64,000 bases of DNA, taken from the IMG/VR virus record IMGVR_UViG_3300028374_000002, positions 96,001-160,000 of that record; one strand, given 5' to 3'. The position numbers and the translations under genes are program-made. The notes below the pieces were generated by a model that was given only the letters and a program-made list of their open reading frames with translations, was not told the DNA's origin and did no database searches. Source of the stretch: a virus (taxonomy: Duplodnaviria; Caudoviricetes). Of this stretch, positions 28,229-38,505 are shown piece by piece (position 1 is the first letter of the stretch; each line of letters begins with the position of its first letter).

Positions 28229-30067
28229 ATGTCGACACCATTAATAGATAATTTTGAATTAAAAGTAAATAAACCAATAGACAATAGATTTGTTGTTGGA
28301 CCTGATAGTTTTTACACCACAAGAGACTCAATAACTAATAAATATGAGGGATTAAGAGTCTGGGATAGTAACGTTAGTTCTTCATTTTTCTGGAATGGTT
28401 CAGAATGGGTAGAAGAAAATCAATCAACAGGTGTTGTTAATGGAACAGTTGGGAGGATTGGACTTTTCACATCAACCAATACAATTGGTGATTCGATTAT
28501 AACACAAGATGTGAATAGAATTGGTATAGGTAGACCACCACTAGCGGGATTTGGATTAGCAGTGAATGGTGGTGTAACTATAAGTGGTGATGATTTGTAT
28601 ATAGCAAGGAATTTGAGACATGTTGGGGATCCTCAATCATATCTTGCTTTCTCAGCTAATAACACAATAGATCTTATCACATCTAATATTAATAGGATGA
28701 GAGTAACACCAAGTGGTAATATAGGTTTTGGTATAACTAATCCTAGTGCAAAAGTACATGTTGCTGGTAATGTTAAAATTAGTAATAGCAATAGTGGAAG
28801 CCCAATAAGTAATATAATAGATTTGACATATCCTTATAATCCTACTGCAACAAAAAGAGAAAGTTATGTTATACTAGGTAGAGATTCTGATGTTGAATAT
28901 AAATACAGAGTAGGATCAGTTTCAGAAAATTCAAATGGGAATTTTGGTAGATTTGTGATAGATGAATTAATCAATGGGAATTGGGAAAGGTCTTTGACCA
29001 AAACATCACTTAGTGAGGGTGATCGTTACGGTATAGGAACAGTTAGTCCCGAAGAAAAAGTACACGTTGTTGGAACAACTAAATCCACTAATTTTAAAGC
29101 TGATAAAGGATATTACTCTTTTCAAGCACCTTCTACAAGCAATACAGATAATGAAAAATGGTTAAAGGTTTTTAGTATTAGCTACTCATCTTTTAGCAGT
29201 TTTAATTTTACACTGAAAATAAATGGTGGTGGTAATAGTAATAATACTAGTATAAATACAGATGTTTATATAAGTTTCAAGCGACAAAACTCCGAATCAA
29301 GAGTATATGCTAATATATCCAACTATGGAGAGACACAAATAAAACCAACAGAAGATTTTAGAATAATTAAGGAAGTAACAGGTACTAACCAAGGAAGGAT
29401 ATACATATACCACAAAGTCGTCCCAACATTTACCGCTTGTATTTATACAATATTGGGTAAAATAGATGCAACGGTTGAAGAATACCTAACATTCGAAGGC
29501 ACATCACCTAATATTCCAGATACAGCATGGACAGAAAGAATAATATCATCACCAATTAACCACAAACCTTCAGATGCAAAGATGTCATTAGTGCCATTAA
29601 GAACTATTGTAATGTTTTCTGGTAGTGATGCACAAGTTCCAATTGGGTGGGAACTATGTGATCTTAGCAGAACAGTTAATGGGATATCAATACCAGATCT
29701 TAGGGGTAGGTTTATTGTTGGTAAAGATACTAGAACAGGCTCTGGTTATACATTTACTGGAGCAGTAGGTGGTGATAAGGAAGTGACTTTGAATAAAGAT
29801 CAGATGCCAATACACAAACACAGTGGAACTGCTCAAAATGCGGGGGGGCACCTTCATACTGTAACGGTGCTAGATCCAATCACAGGTTCGCCTGTCGCTG
29901 GTTATGCGGGTAGTAATGATTATCAATTGAGGAACAAGACTGTTAACACCAGCCCAATTGGATCTCACTCTCATGATCTTAACGTTCAAAACGAAGGTGG
30001 TGGGCAAGCACACGAAAACAGACCACCTTATTATACACTTGCTTATATAATATATGTAGGTGAATAG
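28229..30067 (+). CDS. Tail fibre with C-terminal tail-collar/receptor-binding region
   Basis: GNIGFGITNPSAKVHV / GIGTVSPEEKVHV repeats; IVMFSG..GWELCD..PDLRGRF; QMP.HxH; HENRPPYY. Confidence 0.8.
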   Translation: MSTPLIDNFELKVNKPIDNRFVVGPDSFYTTRDSITNKYEGLRVWDSNVSSSFFWNGSEWVEENQSTGVVNGTVGRIGLFTSTNTIGDSIITQDVNRIGIGRPPLAGFGLAVNGGVTISGDDLYIARNLRHVGDPQSYLAFSANNTIDLITSNINRMRVTPSGNIGFGITNPSAKVHVAGNVKISNSNSGSPISNIIDLTYPYNPTATKRESYVILGRDSDVEYKYRVGSVSENSNGNFGRFVIDELINGNWERSLTKTSLSEGDRYGIGTVSPEEKVHVVGTTKSTNFKADKGYYSFQAPSTSNTDNEKWLKVFSISYSSFSSFNFTLKINGGGNSNNTSINTDVYISFKRQNSESRVYANISNYGETQIKPTEDFRIIKEVTGTNQGRIYIYHKVVPTFTACIYTILGKIDATVEEYLTFEGTSPNIPDTAWTERIISSPINHKPSDAKMSLVPLRTIVMFSGSDAQVPIGWELCDLSRTVNGISIPDLRGRFIVGKDTRTGSGYTFTGAVGGDKEVTLNKDQMPIHKHSGTAQNAGGHLHTVTVLDPITGSPVAGYAGSNDYQLRNKTVNTSPIGSHSHDLNVQNEGGGQAHENRPPYYTLAYIIYVGE

Positions 30068-30077
30068 TTAACTTAAA

Positions 30078-30758
30078 TTAGTCTATTTTTTCAAACCACC
30101 AATTAAAGTAAATATAGTTATCATCGACTAGGTTATAGTAATTATTATCGTGCTTTATAATTATCTTATCATCGTGTGAACGTATTAGTTCTATTTCTAT
30201 CCCTTCTGACATTATTAATTGCTTACCTGTTTCTACCGAGTAGCAAGTAACCTCATCATTAATTAGTTTATAAATACCTGGTTCTGGTTTTAACCATTTT
30301 TTAACTGTTTTTATTATTATCCCAGTTATTTTAATAACCCACTCTTTTGGTTGATAAAGGTCAAGGTCATTAAAAACTTCTGACTTGAAATTAGGTTCTG
30401 CACCTAAAACATTAGATATTTTCCCCCAATACTCATCTTCGTCTATTATAAAAGAAACATAAGCATCATAGTGTACGCTATTAGCCCTTAATATTCTAAG
30501 AATTTTCATACTAACTATATCTTGGTCTTCTAATGCTAACTTACTTCTTAAACTAGAGTATGCAGTAGTTCCTTTTAGAGTGAATAGAATATCATCAATT
30601 CTAGACATCGCTTGTCTTAATCCGTCTTGATGCTTATCAAAAGCGTTTGTAGATAATTGTGGATTATCCACATGTGCTGCTGGTCTAACAGAATCAGAAT
30701 TGAACCTTTGCATATTAAATTCTGTAAATTCTAGTATTAGCCTATTTCGTCTTTCCAT
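30078..30758 (-). CDS. Hypothetical protein
   Basis: 226-aa ORF; N-terminal LILEFTEF resembles the targeting-like motif. Confidence 0.7.
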   Translation of the reverse strand: MERRNRLILEFTEFNMQRFNSDSVRPAAHVDNPQLSTNAFDKHQDGLRQAMSRIDDILFTLKGTTAYSSLRSKLALEDQDIVSMKILRILRANSVHYDAYVSFIIDEDEYWGKISNVLGAEPNFKSEVFNDLDLYQPKEWVIKITGIIIKTVKKWLKPEPGIYKLINDEVTCYSVETGKQLIMSEGIEIELIRSHDDKIIIKHDNNYYNLVDDNYIYFNWWFEKID

Positions 30759-30760
30759 AT

Positions 30761-30774
30761 TTAATATATATTAA
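30761..30774. promoter_or_regulatory. Palindromic bidirectional promoter TTAATATATATTAA
   Basis: Perfect palindrome containing the motif on both strands, between divergent genes. Confidence 0.65.
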
Positions 30775-30791
30775 AAATCAAACCTTTAATT

Positions 30792-31109
30792 ATGAAAATA
30801 AAGAGATTTAATGAATCACAAGAAGATATAAACATATCAACACAAAGAGTTGGTGAGATAATAGAAGATATGAACAATATGTTATCAAATCTAGATGATA
30901 AAAATAAAACATTACAGTCATATACTAATGAGTTGTCCAACTATAAGAGTTCTTCTAAAACAAGTAATGACCAAATAGATGATTCTATAGTAGCTTTAGA
31001 AATTTCAATAAAGAATAACGAGGACACAATTGATAAGATTGATACAATTATATCTAACCTATTAAATTATAATGATAATGGTAGGGATTTCTTATATTCA
31101 GAAAACTAA
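30792..31109 (+). CDS. Coiled-coil protein with targeting-like N-terminus
   Basis: MKIKRFNES; heptad pattern. Confidence 0.6.
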   Translation: MKIKRFNESQEDINISTQRVGEIIEDMNNMLSNLDDKNKTLQSYTNELSNYKSSSKTSNDQIDDSIVALEISIKNNEDTIDKIDTIISNLLNYNDNGRDFLYSEN

Positions 31110-31111
31110 TA

Positions 31112-31606
31112 CTATTTAGTGAATTTAAGTTTATAAAGTGTTCTGTATACTAAGCATACAATATCATCAACTAAACTATGTATGTGTGTATCTTCTTCTG
31201 AAAAACATTGTTTAGCATGTTTTATATAGTCTGCCACTTCCTCAAAATAAACTACAAAATCCTTAGTTCTTGTTTCATCAGTATCTATTGACTCATATGA
31301 ACCAATAACACCGTACTGTCCTTGATATACTTCAATTGTATCATCTAATAAGTCTAATATATCTTCGTAATAATCCCCAAGTGCTTTATGTGCAGCATTT
31401 GAACCTTCCTCACCCCTTACTTGTAAGTGATAAACATGTGCCATCTCTCTAGATTCGAATATTTTTGAGAAAAACTTTATGACATCACTATCACCATCTT
31501 GAATTTCTTCTTGTTCTACTTGTGTAGCTTCATCAGTCTCATTATTTTCTAAATCCTCAACTATTTTAGTTATCCTAGATTTTTTTATTTGTGAAAATTT
31601 TTTCAT
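31112..31606 (-). CDS. Ferritin/Dps-like four-helix bundle protein
   Basis: AHVYHLQV...HKALGDYYE...D...E...G pattern typical of phage ferritin-like proteins. Confidence 0.55.
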   Translation of the reverse strand: MKKFSQIKKSRITKIVEDLENNETDEATQVEQEEIQDGDSDVIKFFSKIFESREMAHVYHLQVRGEEGSNAAHKALGDYYEDILDLLDDTIEVYQGQYGVIGSYESIDTDETRTKDFVVYFEEVADYIKHAKQCFSEEDTHIHSLVDDIVCLVYRTLYKLKFTK

Positions 31607-31612
31607 AATTTA

Positions 31613-31966
31613 TTATTTTTTTCTTATTAGTTCATATATATCGCTTAACTTAAAACCTTCTTCTTTCATATCACTAAACCATTTGTATTTATCAAACTCA
31701 TTAGCTTCTTTTTCTGAAAATTTACTATTCCATTTTTCAATTAAATCATTTGGGTCTTTTTCTACCTCTTTCTTATCCACCTTCTTAACATCACTATCTA
31801 TTAACAATATTTCATAGGTTTCTACATTATCAACTGCTGCTAATATATAATCTGCTTGATAACCAGCTTCTCCTTCATTTTCTGCACTTAGCATTAATTC
31901 TATAGTTGCATCTATTCTATAAGATTTATCAATTTTACTTTCTAGTACTTTTGTAAATTTCTTCAT
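31613..31966 (-). CDS. Hypothetical protein
   Basis: Start MKKFTKVLES chosen because TTAATATATA lies 4 nt upstream. Confidence 0.6.
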   Translation of the reverse strand: MKKFTKVLESKIDKSYRIDATIELMLSAENEGEAGYQADYILAAVDNVETYEILLIDSDVKKVDKKEVEKDPNDLIEKWNSKFSEKEANEFDKYKWFSDMKEEGFKLSDIYELIRKK

Positions 31967-32057
31967 ATCATATATATTAAAAAAATAGTTCCTTTTTCTG
32001 TAATAAAGCAAGAATAATTATTTAATATATAAGCTATACAAAAAATTACATAATATT

Positions 32058-32294
32058 ATGAAAAATATAAAAAAGTTTGAAGCATTTGTACAACAAAGTA
32101 GTCCTAATAGACAACCAGAGGTTGATCCAGGTGTAAAACCAGGCAGAAGGATTAGTCCATCTAAACCAGGACCAATTAGAAGAGATAAGCCAGGAGTTAG
32201 ACCAAGTCCTAAAGCTAGTGAAAAAGAACCAGTTAAAGCAACTGAGAAAGACGTTATAAATAAGTTCGTTGAATTAACAAACCAAAAAAAATAA
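32058..32294 (+). CDS. Pro/Arg-rich small protein with targeting-like N-terminus
   Basis: MKNIKKFEAF; KPG repeats; promoter at 32022-32031. Confidence 0.6.
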   Translation: MKNIKKFEAFVQQSSPNRQPEVDPGVKPGRRISPSKPGPIRRDKPGVRPSPKASEKEPVKATEKDVINKFVELTNQKK

Positions 32295-32300
32295 AAAAAA

Positions 32301-33791
32301 ATGATTAAAAAATTTGATAAATTCCTAGAGGAAGTTAGTATTGAAGGAAACCCTGGCATACCAGGCGAAGGTGGTAAGCAAGAAGGAGATGTAGATTATC
32401 TAAAAAATATGGAACGAGATGCCAGAGCTAAGTATGGTGCTGGTGCTGGTGAAAATCCTGGACCACATATTGGAAGAATAATGGGATTAGTTGGACAGTC
32501 GTCTAGACTCATTATACCACATAAAGAAGCATTAGAACAATTGGCTGAAAAGGTCATAAGAAATGAATTTGGTGATATTCTAGATGGTGTTGATTTAGAT
32601 ATAAAATTTGCAGAATCTGGTGATGATGTTGCAAAATTTATGAGTGAAGAAGATGAAGAAGAGGAAGATGAAGAAAAAATGCAAGAGATAAAAGACAAAG
32701 ACCTTATTAATAAGATACATAAGGCTAAACTTGCCAATGTATTAATACAAGGGGAAGCCAAGAATACAAAACACATTCTTAATTTACCAGAAGTAAAAGA
32801 AGAAATAGATATTATTTTTGGCAATAATTCAGATAGAATATTAAAAATTTGGAATGATATTACTAAGCTAGCAGAGAGATTAGATTGGTTAATACCAGTA
32901 GATGCGAAAGCTAATATGATGGAAAACCAACCTGGTGGGATGGCTGGTGCTGTAAAGGTTGACTGGGTAAAGAAGGAAAAGAAAGAAGAAGAAGAGGAAG
33001 AAGAATTAGATATAGACAAAATTATAGGTAGTGATGAGGATGAAGTGGAAGAAGATATGGATGTTGAATACACACCTACTATAAAGGCTAGGGGTATAGA
33101 CTTCCCAATGCTATTACATGAAGCGGTTAAGGGTATATTAGAACTTATAGCATCGATTTATCAACCAGGTGAAGGAGCTAGTGAAAAGGAAATGTCTGAT
33201 GCTAGGACTGTGAAATTTAACGTGTCTACTTTTCAGGATGAAGCAGAGGATTTTAGAACTGGACCAGAGGTTGCTAGTGCTTTAAGAGATTTTATAAACG
33301 AGAGTCCTAGGGCTAGTTATAGTAGAGTTATGAGACTTTATGTTTATGGTAAAATGTTAGATCCTAATTATATGACAGAAGAGCAATTTCTTAAATTATT
33401 TAGAGGTATTCTTAACGGAAGTAGTGATGCTAGAACAAAAGTAGATCAGATTGTTAATGAAATAGTTTCTGAATTAAAAGAATATGAGTCTGGTGAAGTT
33501 ATAGGACATGATGACAAGGATGATGATTCAGGTTTAGATTATGATGCACTTGGGATGACGAAGCCCGATGAAAGTGAGCAGTCTGACTATGACAGAGAAG
33601 ATTTAGATTCTATGTCAGAAAAAGATTTATTAGCACTAATGGACGATGCTTTGGATTCTGGTAATACTAAGAGAATGGAAGATATTGGTTCTGTTTTGAA
33701 ACAATTTTATAACGAGAGTATTACTACACAGATTTACTTAAAAGAATTAAATATGATTAAGGAAAACCACCAATATAGAAATAAAAAATAA
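32301..33791 (+). CDS. Large acidic protein with targeting-like N-terminus
   Basis: MIKKFDKFLEE; several poly-E/D tracts. Confidence 0.65.
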   Translation: MIKKFDKFLEEVSIEGNPGIPGEGGKQEGDVDYLKNMERDARAKYGAGAGENPGPHIGRIMGLVGQSSRLIIPHKEALEQLAEKVIRNEFGDILDGVDLDIKFAESGDDVAKFMSEEDEEEEDEEKMQEIKDKDLINKIHKAKLANVLIQGEAKNTKHILNLPEVKEEIDIIFGNNSDRILKIWNDITKLAERLDWLIPVDAKANMMENQPGGMAGAVKVDWVKKEKKEEEEEEELDIDKIIGSDEDEVEEDMDVEYTPTIKARGIDFPMLLHEAVKGILELIASIYQPGEGASEKEMSDARTVKFNVSTFQDEAEDFRTGPEVASALRDFINESPRASYSRVMRLYVYGKMLDPNYMTEEQFLKLFRGILNGSSDARTKVDQIVNEIVSELKEYESGEVIGHDDKDDDSGLDYDALGMTKPDESEQSDYDREDLDSMSEKDLLALMDDALDSGNTKRMEDIGSVLKQFYNESITTQIYLKELNMIKENHQYRNKK

Positions 33792-33796
33792 TAAAA

Positions 33797-35842
33797 ATGA
33801 AAGTACATAATTACAAAGGTTTTAGAAATGAAAGCAAACACGAAGTATTAGAACCTATAAACGAAAACTTAGATAGGGCTAAAAAGCTTATAAAGGAAAG
33901 AGAGACTATTAAAATAGCAGCAAAAGAACTTAACTTACTTTCTGATGATTTAAAATATAAGATGGAAGAGGGTGATATAATTACACTTAGGTTAGAAGAT
34001 TTCCCTAGAGAAAGTAGAGGAGATTTAGCTTATAAGATGAAAGGTGTTAAGATGAAGCCAGATGAACTTAAACAACTTGAAAAGAGTCCTACTTTTAAAG
34101 AACTGAGAGAGATTGTTGGGCAAAAGAACCTTGGATTCATGTACAACTTTGCATATATGTTTTATATAGAAAAAGCACCATTAGAGGATCTTAGAGATTT
34201 ATCAGATAAGTTAAAAGAATACAAGAGTTTGCTTCCTAGGTTATCAAAAATGCCAGAAATTGGTAGAAATTTTGATGCTAATTTTATCGATGATACTTAT
34301 ATAGATAATAGCACACCAGATACCGAAAGACCACTCACAAATTTTGAGACAATAACTGATGCTATGACAGAACTTGGGAAGTATAAAAGAGTTAAGATTG
34401 TACTAGATAGTTTGCCCAAAAAGATGAGAGATCAGTATGATACTGCACCAAAACTATTGAAGAATGACATGGATGAAATTGCTAGGGGATTTCTTGAAAC
34501 TGTTAGTGATGATGAAAAAGTTAGGGCTAAAGTTTGGCGGAATTTCTTTGGGGGTATGATAGAAGACACATATAAATTTACAACAGATGGTGATATTAAT
34601 CCTACATTTGGTAAAATGGTATATTCAAGTCGTATTAAAAAGTTTGAAAAAGAGCCAAATCCATTAAAAGCTTTTATAATAGATGCTAAAAAACATCTCA
34701 AAACATCAGTAGTTAATATTGATGAGCGTGAATCTAGGCTTAAAATCATAAAAAAAACAAATGATAGATTTGGACAAATGGGATGTGAATTGATTTTGGA
34801 TGATAGTGGTATAATCATTGTCATTGTGTTTTCATTCCCAGCTAATAATATGTTAAACGCACATGCTGGAGACCACTGTATAGTTAGTGCACAACACCAC
34901 TGGAATCACTATGTTGGTGAGTTTAATAAACAATATTATATCTATAACACCAACATAAGCAAAGTAGAAAATTTATCTACAATAGGTGTTAGTATTGAGC
35001 CCGATCAAGGTATAAGTTCTGCTGCTTGTCAAGATGTTCAAAATAATCCCATACGTAATAGATTTAGAGCTATTCTTAACTCATGGGAGAATGAATATGA
35101 CTTAGATTACAAGCTATTTGATATATTACAACCAATGAGTGAAGAAGAAGTAGATAAAAGAAAGAGAGCAAAAGAAGCAGATAGAGAAATAATAAAAAAG
35201 GGATTATCAATAGATGATATCAAAAGGCTTGTAACAGAAGATGGTGCTGACATTAATAAAAATTCCTCACAAGCCTTAATTAATGCAACTGAAGATGGTG
35301 ATTATGAGAAAATTAAACTATGCTTAGAGTATGGTGCATCACCTAATCTAGCATCTGGATCAAATGCAGCAATATCAAAAGCAAAAGACTTTGATACTGT
35401 TAAGTTACTTGTTAGCTATGGTTCGGATTTAACCACTAATGTACTTAAAGGAATAATAAATAATCCAGAGGCTCTACAATACTGTTTTGATGCTGGATTA
35501 GATCCTAATATGTCTAACTCAAGACCATTAAGAGAATGTATTAAAGGAACCTGGAAAAGCAAAGAAAACTTAGGCGATGCATACGTAGAATCTGCTAAGG
35601 TAATATTAGACCAACCAGAGGTAATAGAAAATGTTAAGAGAACAATAGATATTATGATTAAATACGCAGTTAATTATGGCAGAATTGGTATATTAGAATT
35701 GATGAAAAGAAAAGGCTTATTTACTAAATTAACCAACGAACAAGTAGAAACCTATGAAAAATGGCTTGAACAAGGTGGGAGAATAACACCAGAGTTAGCA
35801 GATGAAGTTCTTGAATATATATCCAAAAATATGTATGAGTAG
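33797..35842 (+). CDS. Protein with C-terminal ankyrin-like repeats
   Basis: GADIN..ALI.A...G.YE.IKLCLEYGASPN; TVKLLVSYGSD; AGLDPN. Confidence 0.65.
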   Translation: MKVHNYKGFRNESKHEVLEPINENLDRAKKLIKERETIKIAAKELNLLSDDLKYKMEEGDIITLRLEDFPRESRGDLAYKMKGVKMKPDELKQLEKSPTFKELREIVGQKNLGFMYNFAYMFYIEKAPLEDLRDLSDKLKEYKSLLPRLSKMPEIGRNFDANFIDDTYIDNSTPDTERPLTNFETITDAMTELGKYKRVKIVLDSLPKKMRDQYDTAPKLLKNDMDEIARGFLETVSDDEKVRAKVWRNFFGGMIEDTYKFTTDGDINPTFGKMVYSSRIKKFEKEPNPLKAFIIDAKKHLKTSVVNIDERESRLKIIKKTNDRFGQMGCELILDDSGIIIVIVFSFPANNMLNAHAGDHCIVSAQHHWNHYVGEFNKQYYIYNTNISKVENLSTIGVSIEPDQGISSAACQDVQNNPIRNRFRAILNSWENEYDLDYKLFDILQPMSEEEVDKRKRAKEADREIIKKGLSIDDIKRLVTEDGADINKNSSQALINATEDGDYEKIKLCLEYGASPNLASGSNAAISKAKDFDTVKLLVSYGSDLTTNVLKGIINNPEALQYCFDAGLDPNMSNSRPLRECIKGTWKSKENLGDAYVESAKVILDQPEVIENVKRTIDIMIKYAVNYGRIGILELMKRKGLFTKLTNEQVETYEKWLEQGGRITPELADEVLEYISKNMYE

Positions 35843-35859
35843 AAACTCTATATTAAAAT

Positions 35860-35889
35860 AAAAAACTCACATTAAATGTGAGTTTTTTT
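35860..35889. terminator. Bidirectional terminator
   Basis: AAAAACTCACAT / ATGTGAGTTTTT. Confidence 0.8.
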
Positions 35890-36592
35890 GTTCTAGTACC
35901 TTATATATGAGGTAAGCATCATTACAATCCTCATATGGCTTGTTTATAGATTTAACAGATGTTAAATCATCTTTTACATATTTACAGTGTTTGTACCAAT
36001 AATCATCAAACCTTTCATTCTCAACTATTGCCAAGTACATATCTGGTTTTTGAAAATTACCACCTGATATGCCTATTTTATTTCTCCATTTGTAATCAGT
36101 TCTAGGATTCTTACCACCAATTTCCCTTACTATAGGCTCATAAGTTAGTTTACAAGACTCTAGTTTTAAAGTGCTAGGTGACATAACAAAAATATTATTA
36201 GAAACTTTATCAAACAACTTCTTCCTAAGAAGTGTGGAGAATGCAACTAAGTCCACTAGGTCTCCAACTTTTGATCCAAAATTAAATCCTTCTATCCCTA
36301 TTTCAGTTGGTTCGTCTATGTCTATATTTTCTAAAATATCATCTATTATAGTATCTGTTATTCTATCATAGTCTTTTAATTTAGTAAGTTCACCTTCAGA
36401 ATAGTCTCCAAATTCACGGTATTCAACAAATCTATATATGACATGTTCTTCTGCCATCTTAAACCACTTTTTCATTCCCTTCTTACCATATACATCCCTT
36501 TCTCTAGTATAATTGTATATTTTAAATGTGTCTTTATTAGATACTACCATACCTGTTGATATAAGACTAGGGTCTATTGCTACATAATTCAT
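35867..36592 (-). CDS. ruvC: RuvC-like (RNase H fold) resolvase/nuclease
   Basis: VAIDPSLISTG, IGIEG, SPSTLK, EDCNDAY acidic tetrad pattern. Confidence 0.65.
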   Translation of the reverse strand: MNYVAIDPSLISTGMVVSNKDTFKIYNYTRERDVYGKKGMKKWFKMAEEHVIYRFVEYREFGDYSEGELTKLKDYDRITDTIIDDILENIDIDEPTEIGIEGFNFGSKVGDLVDLVAFSTLLRKKLFDKVSNNIFVMSPSTLKLESCKLTYEPIVREIGGKNPRTDYKWRNKIGISGGNFQKPDMYLAIVENERFDDYWYKHCKYVKDDLTSVKSINKPYEDCNDAYLIYKVLEQKNSHLM

Positions 36593-36644
36593 ACATTATA
36601 TATTAATATATACCCTTCCCTGTGTTGTGTATTAATTAAATTAC

Positions 36645-36652
36645 TATATTTG
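36645..36652 (+). promoter_or_regulatory. Bacteroidota-type -7 promoter element TAnnTTTG
   Basis: TATATTTG 10 nt before the ATG, with TTG about 18 nt upstream. Confidence 0.45.
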
Positions 36653-36662
36653 TGAAAAAAAT

Positions 36663-37142
36663 ATGATTATGTCGTTGTTGTTGAGCATTGTGGTTCTTAT
36701 ACTATCATTTATATTTTCTATATACCAAAAAAGAAGAGTAAGCATATTATCAGATATAATGATGGGTAAGAATTGTTATTCGTGTAAGAAAAGAATACAC
36801 GACACAGATGAAGATTATATGACACATATTGTAGCAATAGGTTATGATTTCAAATATACTATGTGTGATTCTTGTATTAGACACAAAAAGTTAATAAGGC
36901 TAAAGAGTGTATATTATAGAATCAAGCCTAATTTAAATGAATTTCTGATAAAAAAATATGATAAGAAATCTCCTAAAATATTTTATATATCACTAGGTTT
37001 TATTTTATTGGCAGTTGTGTTATCATTTGTATTTGATATTTTTTGGATTATGTTAGTACTTATCCAATTATTTGTTATGTTTGTGTCAATTATTATGTAC
37101 TATAGGTCATACTTGACTACAATTAAAAAAACCCCATCTTAG
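36663..37142 (+). CDS. Membrane protein with CxxC...CxxC motif
   Basis: N-terminal TM helix, CYSC...CDSC, two C-terminal TM helices. Confidence 0.6.
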   Translation: MIMSLLLSIVVLILSFIFSIYQKRRVSILSDIMMGKNCYSCKKRIHDTDEDYMTHIVAIGYDFKYTMCDSCIRHKKLIRLKSVYYRIKPNLNEFLIKKYDKKSPKIFYISLGFILLAVVLSFVFDIFWIMLVLIQLFVMFVSIIMYYRSYLTTIKKTPS

Positions 37143-37156
37143 AGATGAGGTTTTTT
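37125..37156. terminator. Bidirectional terminator
   Basis: AAAAAACCCCATCT-TAG-AGATGAGGTTTTTT. Confidence 0.75.
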
Positions 37157-37211
37157 GGGGCTGACTTGATTTGTCCACCTTCCACCAACTTATTTAATAT
37201 AAGTTTATTAT

Positions 37212-38441
37212 TTATCCAAATAAATCTTCTGCATCAGTTGCATCTGAGAATCCATCTGTATCATCATCATCAGCAGCATCGTTAATAGTCTTATTGAATT
37301 CTTTTTCAGTTTCTTCTATCTCATCCATAGATTTGAATCTAAAATAATCATTAACAATAGGATTCATTATCTCCAATATTTCATCTGTGAAGATATTTGC
37401 TTTATGTAATTTTTTAAGGAAAAATGATTTATCTAAATGCCTCACGTAGTATTTATTACCACCTGGTTTAAATGATAGCTCACCTGTATCCTTATCAACT
37501 TCCATCTTACCCTTGGCTATTCCTATCTCTTTAAAGTATTCAGGTCTACAGAACGCTTCTAAGCCAGTATATGGATTCATACCATCTACGAACGAAATAT
37601 CAAATCTTATTTTCTTAGGCTTAGCTAATCTATTTTTGCTAGTTTTAAAGAGAACGTTGATACCAGATTGTCCAAGATCCATATCATCCTCATCACCAGT
37701 TTTTAACTTAGACTTAGATAAGAATCCAATAACAGATGCAGAATATAAAAGTCCATTACCACCTCTTAACATCTCTTTTGGGAACATGTCTAGTGTTCTG
37801 TATGTTTGGTTTATAACTAGAAATGGTATTTTTAAAATACCTAAATCTGTATTTAAACTTCTAAACATAGAACTTAAGGCTTTTGCCTTTGTCATATCTT
37901 GTTTTATATCACCTTTTAATAAATCTAGCTTCTCTTTATTAGATGCCATTTGACCTAGTGAATCCAATACTAGAAGTATTTTGGGTAGATTGCTCCCAGC
38001 CATCTTTTGGTCTTTTAAGTCATCAACAAGCTGTGTTAATGTCATATTTATATCTTCGACTTTATTAGACCTAATAAGTCTAAATTTATCTAGATTGGTG
38101 TCTATGCCATAATTCGATAAATCTTGTAAGTCTATAGATTGTTCTGTGTCTATATAAATACATGAATATCCTAGTTTCTGTGCATTCTTCACAACAGAGT
38201 ATGCTAAAAAGGATTTACCAGATCCAGACTCCCCTGCAAATGCAGAAATTCTGTTAGTAGGTATACCACCGTTTAACATATGTGCTGAAAGTGCAGCATC
38301 TAGGATATATACACCAGTAGAAATAAAACTTCTTTCTTCTATTTCTTTCTCAATGTAAATAGGAACTTTCTTTGAAATATTATCTAGTATAGTTCCTACT
38401 TTACTAAATTCGAAATCTTTATTGCTTTTTTTCTTCGCCAT
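37212..38441 (-). CDS. uvsX: UvsX/RecA-like recombinase
   Basis: ISTG..ILD, GESGSGKS, YIDTE, LDSLG, INQTY, GGNGLLYSAS. Confidence 0.92.
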   Translation of the reverse strand: MAKKKSNKDFEFSKVGTILDNISKKVPIYIEKEIEERSFISTGVYILDAALSAHMLNGGIPTNRISAFAGESGSGKSFLAYSVVKNAQKLGYSCIYIDTEQSIDLQDLSNYGIDTNLDKFRLIRSNKVEDINMTLTQLVDDLKDQKMAGSNLPKILLVLDSLGQMASNKEKLDLLKGDIKQDMTKAKALSSMFRSLNTDLGILKIPFLVINQTYRTLDMFPKEMLRGGNGLLYSASVIGFLSKSKLKTGDEDDMDLGQSGINVLFKTSKNRLAKPKKIRFDISFVDGMNPYTGLEAFCRPEYFKEIGIAKGKMEVDKDTGELSFKPGGNKYYVRHLDKSFFLKKLHKANIFTDEILEIMNPIVNDYFRFKSMDEIEETEKEFNKTINDAADDDDTDGFSDATDAEDLFG

Positions 38442-38505
38442 ATTAAAAATGTTTTTTATTTATATACCAAATATTCTGTTTTGTTTGGAAATTTGTGTTA
38501 AATAA

